From: Amoeboaphelidium protococcarum X5
Taxonomy: Eukaryota; Fungi; Aphelidiomycota
Length of the DNA: 64,000 bases
NCBI GenBank assembly: GCA_023515725.1
Contig: JALDTO010000300.1
Span: 22,380 to 86,379 of the forward strand
Direction of reading: 5' to 3'
Positions within the stretch are counted from its first letter, which is position 1, and each line of letters starts with the position of its first letter. Made by a program: the position numbers and the translations under genes. Below the pieces are notes generated by a model, which had not been told where the DNA came from, searched no databases, and saw nothing but the letters and a program-made list of their open reading frames with translations. Below, in pieces: positions 52,002 through 64,000 of the stretch.

Positions 52002-52619
52002 TCATGATGATTCAACGCGGAATGAGGCATACTTCTTTCCATAGTACCACTTCCATCGCCGAGAATGAGGTTTATTAAATGACATGCGATGCGCCTGAAT
52101 AATCTTTGCAACCTGTTCTTTACTACATTTGAACATTATTCCTAATCTAGAAGGCCTGTATTTTATCCTGTCTTCTGAATTGAACTTTACAATCTACTAC
52201 AACTCTTCTGATGTCAGATCCCGAGGTTTGTACTTTCCATGATGATCATACGCGACAGGTGGAAGAATCTTGTCCAAATTTTTATTCACAGCAGACAATT
52301 AGTCAGATTCAGATATTTACTAAACATGCTCATACAAAGGCTTTGGTCTGAATATTTCACAAAATACAGCAGAAGTGTTCGCGTCTTTGGATGAGGTAAT
52401 TGTGATATCATTATGCTGCAGTATCTTTGGCATAGCTGGAGGATCAGGTTTGATGTGCAGCCAATCTAGACTTTTATCACTTTTAGATTTTTATAGCTGG
52501 TGTGTCAATGGCAATTTAGAGGGATCATATTGTTTGTTATATAGCCTTGACTACATTGATAGTCTAACAGAAGGCAAGCATCGCGAATTCTGGGCAATTG
52601 AACGCGTCAATATATTCAT
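52002..52619 (-). CDS. MRPL20: Mitochondrial ribosomal protein mL58 (yeast Mrpl20-like)
   Basis: Arg/Ser-rich presequence; LPPV..KYKPRDLTSEELQQIVKFNSEDRIKYRPSRLGIMFKCS resembles the mL58 LPP..Y.LT.E.I..I..L...DP...T...LA..F.CS pattern. Confidence 0.65.
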
Positions 52620-52863
52620 ATCAGATATTATATTAATCTTATACACAAGTACTCACCACGATGGTTCAAGGTTATCTGTGCGATGCAGCGTAATGGTAAC
52701 GAAACGCGTTGGTCGAGAGAATTTTGGGCGCGATCGCCTTCGGTCGGTTACGAATTCTTGATTTTTGAATTTTCGCGTTCGCAGTGCTAAAGAGATTAAT
52801 ATTCAGCGGGTATTTTCCTCGGAATTACACTATTTCTGTACACGGATTAGTAGTAGATACAAA

Positions 52864-53209
52864 ATGACTAAGGGTACTACATCTTTTGGTAAGAGACATA
52901 CAAAGACTCACTCGTTGTGTCGCCGCTGTGGACATCGCGCTTATCACAATTAGAAGAAGACTTGCGCACAGTGTGGATACCCAGCTGCAAAGATTCGATC
53001 ATATAACTGGAGTGAGAAGGGACAACGCAGAAAGACTACCGGTACTGGTAGAATGCGTCATTTGAAGACTATCCCACGTCGTGCTAAGAACGGTTTCCGT
53101 GAAGGTGAGATTTATTTTTTTAATCAGAGTGTAGATAATCGTATTCTCAATAATTTGCACTTGATGATGATTTGTAGGAACCGTTGCAAAGAAGGTTGTT
53201 AAGGCTTGA
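52864..53209 (+). CDS. RPL37: 60S ribosomal protein L37 (eL37); intron 53105-53177
   Basis: [51 protein letters not shown]; the conserved Q is TAG at 52951-52953. Confidence 0.98.
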
Positions 53210-53419
53210 ACTCGCAACTGAACGTAAATATATAAACACGTTTATGAAAGATAATCTGCTTTTTTGTTAGTCTTATTTAATTGACGCCTTAAATTCACAG
53301 ATTGTTTTTATGATGTTGTTCACGCGTTTATCTTGTATTTTTACTTGGCGAAATCTTCACATTGCGACCTCACTTGTCCATCACACACGCGCCCTTAATC
53401 GTCACAGCTGCAGATAATT

Positions 53420-54082
53420 ATGATCAATCGGGCGTCTGCTGTGTAACAGGCCGAAAGTAGCAGCTAATCAAGCAGTAGCTCATTTTTGGCAGAGCCACTG
53501 CTTAATACATTTCCCAATGAGAAGATATTCTGCACATCTCGGCATGTTCGATTGACTTTGGAACAAGGTGGGGGATATCCCGGCGTAGGTGGCATGTATT
53601 TTGCCGATGAAGGTGTTCTATATCTTACTAATATTCGCCTGGTCTACTTTTGTATGCCACCTTAGAAACAGTTCTAAAGCCTCGATATCCCTCTTGAACG
53701 CAACATCGATACGTCTGATGGCAAGTATTTGTAGAGTTTAAGGTTTAGTCGCTCGTTGATCGGTGGCGAAGATGTTCAAGCGCTAGTTATACCTTATCCT
53801 GGTGGTGGTATCAGGGCTCCCGGCAATCTATCGCTGCATTTCAAGAAGGGTGGCGCGTAAGAATTTCACAGTCTGTACACATATGTGATTACTTCAATAC
53901 TAGGTTCCGCAACTGCATAGAATCAGTAAGAGGAACAGCTGCCGCAATACTCCTCAACTGTACAGTCTGACCATACAGTTCTTGTACCTGCTAATCCACC
54001 ATCTTTTCAGGAGGCTGTCGAGTCATAAGAAGTACCGTCCGCTCCTCCTGTGGTGGAAGATTAGTTCACAAGTAAATAGTGA
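53420..54082 (+). CDS. WBP2-like GRAM/PH-domain protein with LPxY motif
   Basis: GVLYLTNIRLVY, FQSLDIPL, PYPGGG, LHFKKGGAQEF, EQLPQY, NPPSFQEA. Confidence 0.8.
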
Positions 54083-54153
54083 ATATAAATGAAACAATGA
54101 AACTCTGTTTTTGTACTTGTGGTGATAAACCTGAAATTTTATCACTTAATCAA

Positions 54154-55164
54154 TCAACCGAACAGCGCTGAGGCAAACACTGCATCGTCTGCCTATGCTG
54201 TAATCTCACGCAGCACCGTTTGCGACGCAGCTCCTTCCACCTCAACCCTTTCTAGGCGTTACATAATTCCACTTATTCCTATGGCCGTCTGCTATAAATG
54301 AGACAATTGACGGGCGATAGATTAAGGCTCAATTAGATCAATCACAGTCTAACATCGAATCACGCGTTTATTTCTGATAAACACCAGAGCTGACAGATTA
54401 TGCAACCACTGATTAGAAATCTATTCACATCCATCGAGAAATAGAGTATCGATTACGTGTCTCTATTCTCCTCTTAATGGTTGCAGCTTCATAAGAGAGG
54501 ATTCTGTAAGATTAACACAATTTATGAAGGACACCTTGGTCAGTTTCCGACAATTCGAAAGCAGAGCCTCGAATCCACGCTCTCCATAAACAGCATTAGT
54601 AACGCAATCTTCAATCGAGATGGATACTAAGTTGGGGCAGGTATTCGCTATCTCTATCAGAGTATCAGTGCAAAGCTTTCTAGATTGACAAACGCGATCA
54701 GCAGTGTCATGTTAATCATCAGTGTTTAACAGTTCACTCTCAGCATTATTATCCAACTCTGCAGATGTCAATGAGCTAGAACGACGGGCACTTTGTGTAG
54801 GAAGTACAATAGATTTGATACTTTGACCACAAGCTCTAACAATCTGGGAAATATGCTAATGTCTCAAATGCCTGGCCAGAAAGTAATCAATATGCAATTG
54901 TTTCAGTGGAATGTTGGCCCCAGTGACGCGACTGCTATTGACAGCCTACAGCAATGCCTTCAGTTATGACATTCTAGTCAGAGATGGAGAAGTCCACATT
55001 AATTCATTGGCGGCACCGTTAAAAGCTTTGCAACACAACGCCAGATTAGCCAGATCGTTGTGTGACGACATATCAAATGATTTCTGCCCATCTTTCAAGC
55101 AGCTAAATATTTTGATCAATATTTCATCTGGCAGTTACTGCATCAAACCTTGTCCTTAGATCAT
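54154..55164 (-). CDS. Canonical F-box/LRR protein (336 aa)
   Basis: QQLPDEILIKIFSCL..DLANLALCCKAFNGAANELMWTSP, followed by LRR-like repeats. Confidence 0.8.
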
Positions 55165-55583
55165 TGCTGCTTTGATTTCTCTTTGACACGCTATCTTTTT
55201 GCTAATGGTAATATTGATTTTTAATGGGACTTGAAGCATTTAATTATAAAATTCCAGATTGGAATGCCTTCGCAATTTATCTTGCACCCAGTTTATCACT
55301 GACTGATTGGTCAATAATATGCAAGTTAAAGGCGGCGCAATGATCAAGTACTAGTGTTTATTTCAGATGATTGCAAAATAATTAATACCGCTGGTACCTC
55401 ATAGATAGCGAATGATAATCATAGCCAAGTGCCATTGTAATGATGAGCATTGAGTACGCGTTTCAGAAATCTCAGTCTCATGTAGGTTGCTTTCTTTAAT
55501 TTGGTGCTTAGCGTTTCAACTTTCATAAAAGCTATCTTTATTTCAAATCTTTATTTCAAAGATATAGAAAAATTATATTAGAA

Positions 55584-56522
55584 ATGTTTACACCAAGAAG
55601 CAGAAAGACCATGATGGTGCCTCAGAGATAGGATACTTTTATTGACTTTGAGAAGAGTTTTGAGTAAATGGCTGCCTTGACGAAAGAGTTTGATGACTGG
55701 ATTGGCAAGTAGAAACGACTGGTGCTGTCTGGCAAAACTTCACACTTGCACCAGGTGGAGAATATTCGTAAACAGATTCGTCTGTTAGAGGAGTAGAATG
55801 ATCAAGCATAGTACTCGATTGCCAATAAGAAACAAGGTATGATTTTACTATAGCATCAGATATCATATCTATGACTTAGTGTAGAATTCGAGTAAAATGA
55901 AATTGCCTTATCCAATCTGGAGAACGATATGGTTAAATTGGAGGAGTAATGTGGATAGTTGCAAAGTCATCACGATAATTTGTTAAAACTGAATTAGGAA
56001 TTGAAACAACAGAAAGTGTCATTAGAGAAAGGTAATTTATTATTGTTCCAGCATAATGTCCCTTACGCTCGTGGATTGTAGATTTGAAAGCACAACGCGA
56101 ATTGCAATAGGAACAGAATGCTAAAAATTTACCAGAGTTGCAAGCTTTCGAGAAATATCTAGCGTTAAAGATTATTGGCGTACAGAGTAAGCTTAAAATG
56201 AATCAGTTTTTATATAATCATTAACCGTGATCAAGTGTAGGCAATGAGATGAAATTCATCTTTACAAACATCGACCCTCAAAATCCTATTAGGGAATGTA
56301 CATTCATCTTGAATCTATCTGACAGCGATTATCAAGGTAAGATTTTCAACAATTAAAAGATCATATATCATACAATTACACGTAAAATATAATGTAGTCA
56401 CGTAATGCTAGCCATCACTGGACAATATGCTCGTTCTCGTGTCCGTTCTGAATAAAACGAGAAACTTTAGCGCGTTTCTGAAACAAGTTCGTTCCTCTTT
56501 TGTGAAATGTTTCTCGCAGTGA
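55584..56522 (+). CDS. SPC25: Kinetochore Ndc80-complex subunit Spc25 (4 introns)
   Basis: Coiled coil then LPELQAFEKYLALKI, MKFIFTNIDPQNPIRECTFIL, YQVTQCQPSL, LNKTRNFSAFLKQVRSSF. Confidence 0.9.
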
Positions 56523-56701
56523 CGCGCCGAGTATCTTTGGCTAGCACTGTACTACCACTACCACCATTGAGAGGTTGTTATAATAATAATAATAATAATT
56601 GTACTTTTGGAGTGATATCTTATTCATCATATTACTAGAATAATTTCTCTCCTTAAATTCTATATCCTCAAAGCAGGAACATTAGCATATCGTCCCAATC
56701 T

Positions 56702-58916
56702 ATGATGACTACATCTAGCGGGAAAGGTGGCTCATAGAAGCGATAAGCTGACATTAGGTATTTATTTTATATAGCTGTATGAAATAAAGTATATCAAAGT
56801 GTTTTGTAGTTCGTATTTTGCGTCTGCTGATGGAAAGAAAGTGCAATCATCTCAGTAGTCGCAAGATTCTGAAGTGTCGCTCAAAAAGTAAAAGATTAAT
56901 CGTCTGTAAGATGGCGATAATGACGCTGTTAAAAGTGAAGCTGACGTGGATAAAGCCGAGTCTGCTGCATTGGCTCGTGAAGTGAAAGAGGGAAAGTTCT
57001 AAGTACATGCACCTTCTAGTCCTTAGCAGTCACAAGGGAAGAAGTAGACTGCTTTTAGTGAATTGTCACAGACTTTTGAAGAGATCGAAGGGACGACGAA
57101 GAGATTAGCCATTCTGGAGATTCTCACCACATTCTTTGTTAAAGTTATCCGTGACAATCCCAAAGATTTGATTAGTGTTATCTATCTGTGTATCAATCGC
57201 ATTGGCCCGACATGGGAGGCTGCAGAACTCGGAATCGGAGAGACGGTGCTCATCAAAGCCATTGCTTCTGCTACAGGGCGTCCCATTCCCAAAATTAAGG
57301 CGGAGATGCATAATTTGGGTGATCTCGGTTCAGTTGCTCAGTAGTGCAGAAACAATTAGCCTACCATGTTCTAGCCGAAGCCTCTTACAGTATAGACAGT
57401 GTTCAAGACTCTTACTGAGATTTCTAAGATCACCGGCCACTCTTCAATGCAAAAGAAGATTGACAAGATCAAGTTCCTACTGGTATCATGTCGCGATAAT
57501 GAGACCAAATTTATCATTAGAATGTTGGAGGGAAAGTTGAGAATTGGACTCGCTGAAGCTTCAGTTTTGACTGCGTTGGCTCATGCATCTGTGCTTAGTC
57601 GAAATTCTGAATTGAAGCGATAGGATCTAGAGGTGGAGTTGAGTTAGGCTGTTGAGGTGGTGAAACAAGTGTATAGTGAAGTGCCAATGTACGAGCGTAT
57701 TGTTCCAGTCTTGCTGGAGAGTGGTCACGAGAATCTTGAGGATAGTTGTAAACTTACGCCTGGTATTCCTCTGAAGCCCATGTTGGCTCATCCTACAAAG
57801 GCAATATCTGAAGTCTTGGATAGATTTGATGGGGTTCCATTCACTTGCGAATACAAGTACGATGGTGAGAGAGCATAGATTCATCAACTGTCTCCAGGCA
57901 AGGTTGTAATCTTCAGTAGAAATCAGGAGAACATGAGCGAAAAATACCCAGATATTGTGGCAGCTATGAACAAGGCACCTAAAGCTGGTGTTAGCAGTTT
58001 TGTAATTGACAGTGAAGCTGTGGCTTGGGATAGAGAGAAGAAATAGATTCTTCCATTTCAAGTTCTAAGTACCAGAAAGCGAAAGGATGTCTCAGCTGAA
58101 GATATCAAAATCCAGGTCTGTCTATTTGCTTTTGATCTCCTCTATCTGAATGGTTAATCTCTGGTCCGACATTCTTTTGCCGAGCGAAGACGTATGCTTT
58201 ATGAGTCTTTTCATGAGATTGAAGGTGAGTTTACGTTTGCGAAACACCAGGATGGTAATACTATTGAAGACATTTAAATGTTCTTGGATGAATCTGTGGC
58301 TGGAAATTGCGAAGGTTTGATGGTGAAGACTGTGGATGAGAATTCCTCTTATGAACCGTCTAAGCGATCGCGTAATTGGTTGAAAGTCAAGAAGGATTAC
58401 TTGGATGGCGTCGGTGACTCTTTGGACCTGGTTGTTGTCGGAGCCTATCATGGTAAAGGTAAGCGGACCGGCGGATTTGGCGGCTTCTTGTTGGCATGTT
58501 TTGATCCTGAGCGCGAAGAGTATCAGACCATCAGTAAGATTGCCACCGGGTTCAGTGAAGATGATCTGGCAAAGCATACAACCTTCTTCAAAGATTACGT
58601 AATCTCTGGCCCAAAGTCGTATTATACTTTTGGTGAAGGTGTTAAACCGGATGTATGGCTAGAACCAGTGCAAGTGTGGGAAGTTAAAACTGCTGATCTG
58701 TCCATCTCCCCAGTTTACACGGCAGCGAAAGGACTAGTTGATCCTGCGAAAGGCATATCACTGAGATTTCCTCGCTTTGTCCGCATTAGAGACGATAAAG
58801 GCCCGGAGCAGTCTACCAGTCCGGAGCAAGTCGCTGACATGTATCGCAATCAAAAGATTAATCACGGCTTCGACGCAAAGAAGGGCGGTGATGATAACAT
58901 CGATGAAGATTACTGA
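56702..58916 (+). CDS. LIG1: DNA ligase I (Cdc9); one intron near the 5' end (~56758-56808)
   Basis: [26 protein letters not shown] (Q=TAG), [31 protein letters not shown]. Confidence 0.97.
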
Positions 58917-59148
58917 TAGTGCATATATTTGATAGGTGTGATGAATATTACTGCAGTTCTATCCTAAATTTTATCAGTTATTACTATGCGCTTTTAGGTA
59001 GATAGAGAGCAGTTACACGTTGAATGATTGAAAGTTTGTTTTGATCACTTAAAACGCGTCTTGAAAATGCGATAACAATTCAGTTCAAACTGTATAACGC
59101 GTTCTCTCTTCATTGTTTCAACAACAATATAACTGCAACACTATCACA

Positions 59149-61938
59149 ATGCTTATTATATGGGATATTATGTAGTTGGTTTTTATACTAGCACTTATGC
59201 AATGTTTAAGTGCCGAATTGTCTGCTCACAAAAACATTACATTGAGTTTATTTCATGGAGCTGAATGGAGATACACGCTGCCATAGAATGGAACCAGCGC
59301 CAAAGGCATTGTCACTGCTCATTAAATTCCACCATGGGTTGTATTTGATCCTATTTCTGCTTCTCTGAGTGCTCAGGTACCGATTCAAGATAATTTCAGA
59401 GATAGAAAATCATTAGTCTGGCTAAAAGTTTAGGATAGATTCAACGTAACTGATATCTTCATTCATCTCAACGTTTCGCGTTTGCCTGAATAGAAATTGT
59501 CAAACGTGGAATCCAAACTGCGATCTGCTAATTTGTCATCCCTGGTGTCATCTTCTGTCTCCTCGTTCTCGCCTCCTCCTTTAATTGTCTAGAACGGATT
59601 GATACTTAATGCTGCATATTATTAATGGACTCTGCCTAGGCTCACTATTAAACTGGATGATAATCACTCATTCAATGTCTCTCATACTGCTGCCGACACG
59701 TTGCCAAAATGGTTAGAGTTTGATCGTGAAATGAAGCGCGTCAGTCTCTCAACCAACAATGCCTCTTCAATTTAATCATCAAAATCGTCTGATTTTATCA
59801 AAGTCTCACTTAAAGCAATTGTTGCTACTTATAATCTGTCCGTAACTTTAGATGTAAGTATTCCGGTTGTGTAACTTCCACGCGATGTTAATGTATCTAC
59901 TCAGTCTGTCCGGTTGAATATAACAGATTGGAATGGCACTTTTGAGGAAGTATCGATCAATTATGAGTCTCGCCCCGGCAAGTCATTCAAGATTATTCAC
60001 TATGATTAAAGTACATTGGGTGGCTTGAAGATTAACGACAGTAGTGGCAAGATTTCTGGATTTGTTGTGGATCCGTCGTAATCTTTCAAGAGCTCTGTGT
60101 TGCTACTGGAAGAGGATGGCTTAAAGAGTTTGGATAAACATTATGTCCTTCTCTAAATTGTATATGAACAAGATAGGCGGACTCTTTTTAATGGTATAAA
60201 GTACCTTAAAGCGAATAGCGTCAATATGTGGAGTAACGTTACGCTGATATAGTAGCAAGTGGTCACACCTCTTCCCTCCTGGGTTGCAGCCGATCAAGTG
60301 TCCATTCTTACTGCTGCCGGCGAGCCTCTCCCAAGTTGGATCACGTGTGGATTATTATCATTGTCTTCTACTAATAGAACTTCTTCTGTCGTATGCAAAG
60401 CTTTACCAAACAATTCAAGTCTCTCATTTGGCGCTAAACTCATTACAAAGTTTGGTAATAAAAATTTCGTGACGCGTTTTGACGTGATTGTTAATAGACA
60501 TGCCCCTCCATAGATTACCGTAAAGACTAATGATAATTATCAAGTGAATGCTCAAGTGTCTTAATTTTTTGTATATCCTCTAGAACGTGTCAATCTGTTT
60601 AAGTAATAAGATTTGCTGGTATATCGTGTGTCTGGTCTGAAATCTTCTTGGTTAGTTTATGATGCCGCTAATAACTCTCTCTATGGATATCCGTCTGAGA
60701 ATTCTACATCTTACTTTACGGTTCAAGTTTGGAATACTTTTGGTGGCTATAATTCCGTTCCCGTGTAAGTCAATGCTTTGAATCTTTAGCGTAGTATTGA
60801 TAACAGGCCTGACAAAGGTCTTCAAGAGACATCAACACCTATGGCTAATTGGAAGATTGCCTTAATTGCAGTTAGCTCAATATTGCTGTTGGTTATCATT
60901 GCATTTATGATTCTCTACTTCATCTTCAAGTAAAAGAGAAGTCAATCCTCTCTATGGAGTACATTTCGACGCGGTAAAAAGGAGGATTCTGTGTTTTTAT
61001 CTTCATCAGATGGAGAGGAATTTCGTGGTAAAGCAGTAAATGTTGATGGACAATAGACAACAGGAGCTAACTCGAGTTTTGATTGCCTGGATGCTGTGTT
61101 TATTCATCAAAACCTTGCGGCTACTCGTTAAAGTCTTGGCTCATCTGTAGTAAATTTACCGTGCAGTACCATGCCTAGCACTTCAACTTTGATGTCAGAG
61201 CATTCAAATGAACTTCGCGTAATGGCATTCTGTGGCAAAGCATTCTATTATGAGTTTCCGTATGAGCTACTACTCAAGAAATCTCCGTCTTATCAAGGCA
61301 ACAGTGATGGACATGGATGTGGTCTCCCATACCGGTCTTCATCGGATTCTGATTACCAGACTCCTATTCCTTCTAGTGATTTCTTACCGGAAACTACTTC
61401 TAATTGGCACAATGATCCATATTCAAGTTACAAGCGTTACAAACTGTATGGTAGTATTGTGGACAATTCTAGTTTTAGTGATGAAGTCTTTAGCGAATTA
61501 TCTGCGCGATAGGCTAACAAGAAATGCTCTCAGTAAGCGGACTCGTTCAAGACTGGTCGCAGCCAAGTTACAAATGTGTCCTCCCATGCAAGATCAAGTG
61601 ATCCCTCTATATCATCATCATCGTCTGATCATCATCATACCCGTCACTCCCTCACGGAGCCAATCCATAAAGCTCTCATGAGATTTACCGCACGGATGGC
61701 TGATGGTCGTGCTTTACCTGACTGGCTTCACTTCAATCGCTCCAAGTGCTCCTTCTTTGGTGTGCCGAGTGAAATAGATTGTGGTAGTTTGTTAATTGAA
61801 GTCATCAGCTGGAAGATTGATAATGTTTTTGAAGAGATTGACATCAGCTTTGATTACTCTCTCATTAAAGATTATGAGTCTGCCACGCTCCTACTTCAAG
61901 TTTATAAAGATGATACGCAAATTAATAGCTAATTTTGA
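59149..61938 (+). CDS. Axl2-like type I membrane protein with dystroglycan-type cadherin-like (CADG/He_PIG) repeats, 929 aa
   Basis: Signal peptide; repeats PPWVVFDP, LPKWLEFD, LPSWITC, SSWLVYD..LYGYP; TM IALIAVSSILLLVIIAFMILYFIF-KQKR; cytoplasmic DGRALPDWLHFN..FFGVP. Confidence 0.75.
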
Positions 61939-62058
61939 CGCTGTATAAATACATGAATTAAGATTTATTCTAATTCTCTCTCTACGTAAACTATAAACTT
62001 TTATGAATGTGAAGTATTGACAATTGTATTATACGAACATAACTCGACTCATTAATAT

Positions 62059-63504
62059 TCATACTACAAGCTTGCCGCAAAGTTTTTCTTATTCAGCAGT
62101 GACTTCACACAGAGACTAAATCACCTACTAATACCACTTGATTCCATCTAAATACACCTGCTCATTCAAATATTCATTGTGATCATGTAGCAAGACTGGG
62201 GTACTGTGGATAGGCGATATTCCGATCGCAGGTATACCAGCCTATCTCAAGAACCGAGAATCAGTAGCAGCGGGGAATATCTCACATTCCAGAGTGATTC
62301 CAGATGCTGCACTTAAATCGCGTATGCAATTCCACCAGACATTGTCTTTACTCAAAGGAGTTATGCAATTGGACCAGAACTCTTGCACGTACTCCATGTG
62401 ACAGTCACATTCCTTGCACCAATCCTAAAGCTGCTACTTCAAACGACCCAGATCATGAGATGGGGATACGCGCATATCAAGGCCAATTTCAAACCTCTCT
62501 GGGACCACGTTGTACTACACGCCTCCATTCATAAGAGTCACATTCACCGTGGTCACATCTCCCAGCGTCAGTGAACATTCTAGACCTGTATCGTCGACTT
62601 AACGGCCAACCTTCAGTCTCATCTCTTCAGCATCGCGAAATGCCATAACTTTACCAATAAATTTGTGCACCTTCTCTGCAGCTGTATTACTAATAAATTA
62701 AGAGCCATGACCAACCGATCCAGTGGCATATACTTTTATCCACCATGGAGCTCGTTCACCATAATACAACTTGAAAGTGTCCGGTTTATCACACGCCAAC
62801 CCCTCATCAAGTGCGAAGGCAACATTCAGTTATTTAAATAGATCCGATTGAATGAACAACTTCATGCCGTCACCGCCGCCAATCTCTTCATCAGGTACAA
62901 AGACTATATGCACCGTTCTCAGAGGTTTCCACAGCGTATCATCAGCGCGTATACGCCTTATAGCCTCCAGATAGCTCATACCGACACATTTCATATCTTG
63001 CGAACCCCTGGCATAAATGTTACCATCTTCGGTTTTATGCGCGTCAAATGGAGGATATGTCCACTTATCCTACAAGTATATATCGCAAATGTTGATAAAG
63101 CATCAGTAGAGTGATGATATTATATAGGTCAAAGATTTAGAGATAGGATACCTCAAACACGGGAACAACATCAGTGTGAGAATTCAACATTAACGATTTC
63201 AGAGACGTATCCCTCCCCTGGACAGTGATGACAACAATAGGCTTTCCCTTAACGCACTACAAACATTTTGAATTACTAATGTCAGATACTGTACGTTTTG
63301 CGGTTCTTACCTCCGATACTGTACAAGGAAGCGACATATCCTCCGCTTACTACACAAAAGTAAAGTTAAATTTTAGCACGTTGAATTTACCTATCAAGTG
63401 AATACCTTTCGTAAAAATTCAGCACATGCGGCATAGTCTGGCGATGGCTATACAGTTCGAATCCTCAAATATTCTCTGAAGCGAGTCACTGCTGGATCTT
63501 CCAT
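62059..63504 (-). CDS. ACY1: Aminoacylase-1 (M20 metallopeptidase), several 5' introns
   Basis: AVTRFREYLRIRTVQPSPDY, LMLNSHTDVVPV, IYARGSQDMKCVG, FVPDEEIGG, ALDEGLA, FPAATDSRFLR, LLHDHNEYL. Confidence 0.95.
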
Positions 63505-63691
63505 TATCCCTTATAAAATCAAAGAAGTTAATACTTTTGAGTTAGCTGTAATCGACTGGAAACAAAAAAGTTTGGTCAACTGCCTCGCTTCGTAAAAGGG
63601 ACGAAACTCACTGGCTTTATATAGAGCAAATAAAAAAATAAAACTATACAGTAGTAAAAGCACCTAGCTTTTATAGACAGTGAATTCAAGT

Positions 63692-64000
63692 TCAGTAGGA
63701 AGGAGGATATTACCTAGAGAAAGTGCCTGTAACTTTCGCGTTAGCATTAGACTTGTCATCCCTCTGGACCGCAGCGAGAATTCCATTTAACTGTGCAAAG
63801 GATAACAATCTCCTCAAGTCTAGATGTCTGACAAGCTCGTGGTGTTCTTTAGACACAGAGTCAATGCTCTTGCCACCAGAGAACGATCTGAATATAGCAG
63901 AGACATCTTCTATAGTCACTTAAGTATTGCGCGTTGCATTATCATCTTCGTCCACGGAATGCACCGGCACGCTGAACTTCAAACAATCAGACAATAAAAT
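63692..64000 (-). CDS. NPR2: C-terminal part of NPRL2/Npr2 (GATOR1/SEACIT subunit), runs off the window
   Basis: TIEDVSAIFRSFSGGKSI..LDLRRLLSFAQLNGIL resembles NPRL2 'DVFxLYxSLxxG..DxRxLIxFGxxxxxI'. Confidence 0.55.

Noticed and set aside
7299-58916. Apparent DNA-repair gene cluster (aprataxin, photolyase, SHPRH-like, LIG1)
   Set aside because: The genes are spread over 50 kb among unrelated genes, compatible with chance in a gene-dense genome.
1-64000. Interpretation as a field of pseudogenes or a low-quality assembly, given the many short ORFs
   Set aside because: Interruptions are almost only TAA/TAG at Gln positions, and frames stay intact across essential genes; code reassignment explains this.
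1-64000. CRISPR arrays, tRNA/rRNA genes, intact transposons or prokaryotic operons
   Set aside because: None recognised: no regular repeat-spacer arrays, cloverleaf motifs, LTR/TIR pairs or operon-like structure; the sequence is intron-containing eukaryotic DNA.

Overview
This is gene-dense eukaryotic DNA of fungal type, with short GT-AG introns and about 37 genes in 64 kb. It uses a non-standard nuclear code in which TAA and TAG encode Gln and only TGA is stop (translation table 6). That is why the supplied standard-code ORF track is fragmented; I re-translated the genes by hand. Fungal-type genes (velvet, Reg1, Axl2, DSF2-like, mL58) together with UAR=Gln point to an aphelid such as Amoeboaphelidium protococcarum, an algal parasitoid; this is an inference. 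Housekeeping genes include SEC31, an ATG1-like kinase, aprataxin, MOB1, RIO1, RPS13, photolyase, a SHPRH-like helicase, MIC10, RPL37, SPC25, LIG1, ACY1 and a partial NPRL2. The most unusual items are: (1) a secreted EF-hand prepro-protein whose Kex2 site (LQKR) would release a 51-aa amphipathic/hydrophobic peptide, a toxin-precursor-like layout; (2) a signal-peptide-bearing, DYRK-derived kinase with no transmembrane segment, a candidate effector; (3) a four-gene cluster of divergent F-box-like proteins, one frameshifted; (4) a SYCP2/Rec10-like meiotic axis protein; (5) a highly structured RPS13 intron with a poison splice site; (6) TAR codons over-represented just before terminal TGA codons; (7) a decayed Ty3/Gypsy pol fragment. 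All identifications come from motif recognition and manual translation; no database searches were run.
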